Part shown: piece by piece, positions 60,001-64,000 of the stretch
How positions within the stretch are numbered: the stretch's first letter is position 1
How the letters are laid out: every line of letters begins with the position of its first letter
Source: Iphione sp. A-MEVVRFRX5
Taxonomy: Eukaryota
DNA length: 64,000 nt
NCBI GenBank assembly: GCA_976226885.1
Contig: OZ320318.1
Span: 75,950,001-76,014,000, forward strand
Direction: 5' to 3'
The notes under the pieces: generated by a model
What the model was told of the DNA's origin: nothing
Seen by the model: the letters and a program-made list of their open reading frames with translations, nothing else
Database searches by the model: none
Position numbers and translations under genes: made by a program

Positions 60001-60134
60001 GGCTGTGCTCAATATTCAGTGCATGGCAGCCGGCAGCCAGTCCCCTCTGGGTAACCCGAGGCCATGCATGCAGCTCGTTATTACTGGCAAGTTGGCTATC
60101 ACAACTACCACATCCTGTAGACAGCAAGTTGGCC

Positions 60135-60410
60135 ATATAGACAGATCTATATAGAAAGACAAGGAGACAGATAGACAACTACAAATAGACAGACAACAAA
60201 AGACAAAGACATCGATATAGACAGAAAGACAGACATCGATGCAGGCAGACACAAACACACTGACACAGAAGACACATATACTGAAAGAAAGATACTGCGA
60301 CTCAGAAAGACACTAACAGAAAGACACCAGTGAATACACGGACACCAACAGACAGAAGGACACTGACATCGACACGCAGTCAAGACACTCGACATCGACA
60401 CACACACGCA
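60135..60410. repeat. Degenerate (GACA)-rich simple repeat
   Basis: Seen directly. Confidence 0.75.
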
Positions 60411-61019
60411 TAGAATGACTTAACACACCACGGCGGAACAGAAACACAGACAGTAGTTGCTGGGTAAGTGTAACATTGTGTACTCGATCGACTCAACAAA
60501 GACTCATCGCTTGTCCATTTAGTAGGCCTCCCGCTGTCCCAATACATTGACAGGTAACAATATTGTGATAGAAACCATTCAACATTCAGCTAATTTCACA
60601 CTGAAATGAAATTAGCTGAGTGAGGAGATGCTCGAGCAAGCTGCCGATCTTTGTCTTTTTACCAGCCAACCTTTTACCCTTCAATGACTGAACTTCTAAA
60701 CCACACCCACCCACCCCGACCCCAAGGAACTGCTGTGTAGAGAAGAATAAAAAGATGAGTGAGGAAGGTTGGGGACGGTGGAGGCAGAACATGGCGGCAT
60801 CCTGCCGCTGACGACTCCATCTAGGGATGAGTGAGGTGCTACCATGGCCTGAGTCGACGGCGGCGGCGGCGTCCAACCTGAATCTGAAGGCCAGATGGCC
60901 ACAGTCCCGCTTGGCCCCTTCGTGCTATTAGCACCTGCGGTTGAAGTGTACCGAACTGGCGTCGTCTAGCCGACACCAGAGCTGCTGCTACGATTACTTC
61001 TGCTCGCGTTAATAGTACC

Positions 61020-61430
61020 ATTGTACTGATGCTGCTTCTTTCTGTCCTGCTGTTGGTACTGTGGCTGTTTCTGCTGGTACATTGTTATGCCGATTTTTTT
61101 GCTGAGCTTAATGTGTCTATTCCTACTTATATGTTGTGCTGCTGCTGGAATAATGGTGCTGGTGCTGCTATTCCTGCTCAAACAGTCTACTGCCGCTGGT
61201 GCTGCTGCTACTACAGTGTATATCTGCTGTTTCTGCTGATGTATTGAACTAATGTTGGCACTGCTGGTATATTATACTCTTAGTAGTAGTGCTCATACAA
61301 TGTACTGCTACTAGTAGTGCCATTTCTTGTGCTGGTATTATCACGGCTAGAACTACCATTACCTGTACTGCTACTGCTATCATTACTATTAGCACTCCTA
61401 CTGCTCGTTTGGCTGTTACTGTTGATTGTG
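61020..61430. repeat. Degenerate (CTG/CTA/GTA) trinucleotide repeat region
   Basis: Seen directly. Confidence 0.7.
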
Positions 61431-62219
61431 GATCAAGTACAAGGACGCTGGCTCCAGATCACCAGCAGCCTCACCACCATCATCACCCCAGCACAACTCT
61501 AGAGGGGTGCTAAACTCTGCCACCCTCCTATGACCTCATCCCGGTGTTGATTTTTCGTGGGGATTTCGTCCCATCTGCGTCCTGGTTTGAATGCAGCCAC
61601 AATCCATACAAGCAGATGGGCCCCCATATCTAACCGTTCCCGGTACTCAAGATAAGACACCAGGCATTCCTTCTTCAGGTTATAACCCTGTGCCTTTGTG
61701 ATTTGAGGTGCGAGACCATACCTTTCCTATGCAAGGTATGAGAACGTCTCCCGAATACTCGGATGCCAAACAGAGCAACGTTTTGTAGCGTAAATGTATA
61801 TGTCTCTCATACATGTATCTGACACTCGAGATCCAAGGGAGAGAGTAAGAGTGAGTGAGCACACGTGTGTATACATATATATATATATATATGTGTATAT
61901 GAAACTTACTTTGACCTTTTTTCAAAGGCCGGTACAGTACATACATGTATAATATCTCGACTTGTTCCAGCATGGCCGACGTGGGTCTTGTCCCGGTTAA
62001 GTGAACGGCCTCCTACAAGGCCCACTCGTGGTTAGCACCCACTCCAATAGTGTCGGTGAAGCCGTGGCGTATTGACATACTGGGCAGACAAGAGATACAC
62101 AGCGAACAAATCAGGGCGAGGGCCTCGTACCGAGACATGGCCCCCGGGGCGCAAGCAGGCAACGGAGTGCAGGGGGGTAGGGACTCCCTAAACCAGTTCA
62201 GACGGCCGGCCATCGCGAA

Positions 62220-62410
62220 CGAGGAGAGGAGAGGGGGGGAGGAGAGGAGAAAGGAGAGGGAGAGGAGGGAAGAGGAAATGAGAGAAAAGAGAAGAGGGAG
62301 AGGAGAGTAGAAGAAAGAAGAGGAAAGAGGAGAGGAGAGAAGAGGGAGAGGAGAGAAGAGGGAGAGGAGAGTAGAGGAAAGGAGAGGAAAGAGGAGAAGA
62401 GAGAAGAGAT
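62220..62410. repeat. Polypurine (GAGAG/GAGGA) tract, ~190 nt
   Basis: Almost exclusively A/G on the + strand. Confidence 0.9.
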
Positions 62411-64000
62411 CCACTTGGAGTATGTAGAGAAGGAGGCAGTAGCAGCAGCGGCGGCCTACATCTCACACATGGCGGCAAACCCAGCCTGACAACATGTGCT
62501 GGCGTGCTTTCACTTGTTGGTTCGCATTACGCTTTCCCAACAGGCACCATCCTGCTGGACAGAAGAGGGAGACAGCGACCAGGAGGGGGAGAGGGTGGAC
62601 CGAAAAGGTCATCGCCATCACAATCAGCGTCTTGGAGAAATCCAGCACGCTCGATGGAGCTTGTATGCATCGGGTGCTCGACTTTTGTATCGTGTCTGAA
62701 GTCGGGTAAATGGACTGCCCTGAGGTATATCAATTATGATGGGCCTACTACTCGACAGCTGAACACTTGACTTGCTCAGTTCAAGCTCAAACATCGCTGT
62801 ACTCTGTACTAACACGAGGCCTCGGGCGCCTCCCCTCCCCCACCCCAGCCCCCAACCAGCTTCCCGCGAGCGATAAAATCTACAGCGGTAAATTGAGCTT
62901 GGATCATCACTCAACTCCCTGTACACACAGGCGCGATGCGGCCCGGCAGCTGGATAACGTGCCTTGATGATAGGTCGTGGAGAAAGGGGAGGCGGCTGGC
63001 CTCTGGGCAGCCACGAGGTGATCTGGAAACGGTCCGGTCGCCGACCACCAGGTTGCGCTGGTGACACTGGCTTGGGTGGCCTCCTAGCGTGCCCTGCGGC
63101 GGCGAGACATCCTATTTGAGTGACCTACACTCACCGGGTCAGCAGGGGATGAAAAAAAGAAAGAGAGAACAAGGGAGGGACATTCGCATGGAGGTAGCCG
63201 TGGCGGCAGCAGCAGCAGCAGCCGTGGTCTCTGCACCACCCGGAGAGCGGACCTTTGGCTGACAGTGATGAAGGCAGGCACATGTGTATACATGTATACA
63301 GAAGGAGGCTATTGAAGGCCACTGACCCCGGCCAACCCGCCGGAGGAAGGGGGAGCTCCAGGCCGAGGGCGGCGGCAGTTGAGCCCTGGGGCGACCGTCC
63401 AGACCAACGATGACGGCCCATTGATGACTTGTCTAGGGACACACAACTAATAATAATAATAGTAATGAATAAATAAAACAAGGAAGGGGACCGATGAGGT
63501 CTATGGTCCCCCACCAGCCATTTAATCAACTAGAACTAATTGGTTCTGGCTGGATGAGCACACTATGTCATAGCTCCATGCCTTGTTATCTCCGAACTGC
63601 CTGCTTGTCAGTGTGTGAGGAATTTCTCTCCTTTTGGCGTTAAGATAATTTCAAATGCAAGAATTTTAAGCCATTACAAAGTGCCCATGTAGTAAAATAA
63701 CATATTAGAATAACAGTCCATTTTAGTTAAGAATACTGAAGTTATAAGACCCACAAGACCGGTATTCCTAGGTTCCCCTCTCTAGTTTCAACATATATCT
63801 ACAGGCCATGGGTATGTTCACTCTTGGAGGTGGGCGCTGCTGCTTGCTCCAAGTCAAACAGCGACGCCTGATGGCAATGTTGGACAACCGCCACCAAGGC
63901 AGAGGTCATGGAGGGTGGGGGTGTAGGGCACAAACGCACGATGAACACAACGGTGCCCCGCCTGAACCCCGTCAGGGGAGCGAGGCCCTAGTTCTAATTC

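Noticed and set aside
62013-62478. Leu/Ser/Pro-rich ORFs
   Set aside because: Translations of the polypurine/polypyrimidine tract.

Overview
Eukaryotic (invertebrate bilaterian-type) genomic DNA with two convergent spliced genes. (1) On the + strand is an apparently complete SLC22-family MFS organic cation/carnitine-type transporter. It has a TATA promoter at ~4202, a probable non-coding first exon, and coding exons from 5215 to ~30115/30153 (~551-554 aa), and its introns are packed with DNA transposons. These include three decayed pogo/Tigger transposase elements, several MITEs, and a Harbinger-like MITE cluster inserted into a tRNA-derived SINE. (2) On the - strand are the 3' two-thirds of an Atrophin/RERE gene: 14 coding exons from the second half of the GATA-type zinc finger (57094) to the stop at 35566. 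I found no BAH/ELM2/SANT exons in the window. There are also several mini/microsatellites, CpG-rich intronic promoter-like islands and two N gaps. No CRISPR, rRNA or intact tRNA was found. I cannot demonstrate a new biological system. The best leads are a possible microexon-switched sorting signal in the SLC22 tail, an extra in-frame RERE exon, an orphan codon-biased exon-like island antisense to RERE, and the nested MITE/SINE structure. All exon calls come from manual reading of splice sites and frames; homology statements are from memory, not from searches.
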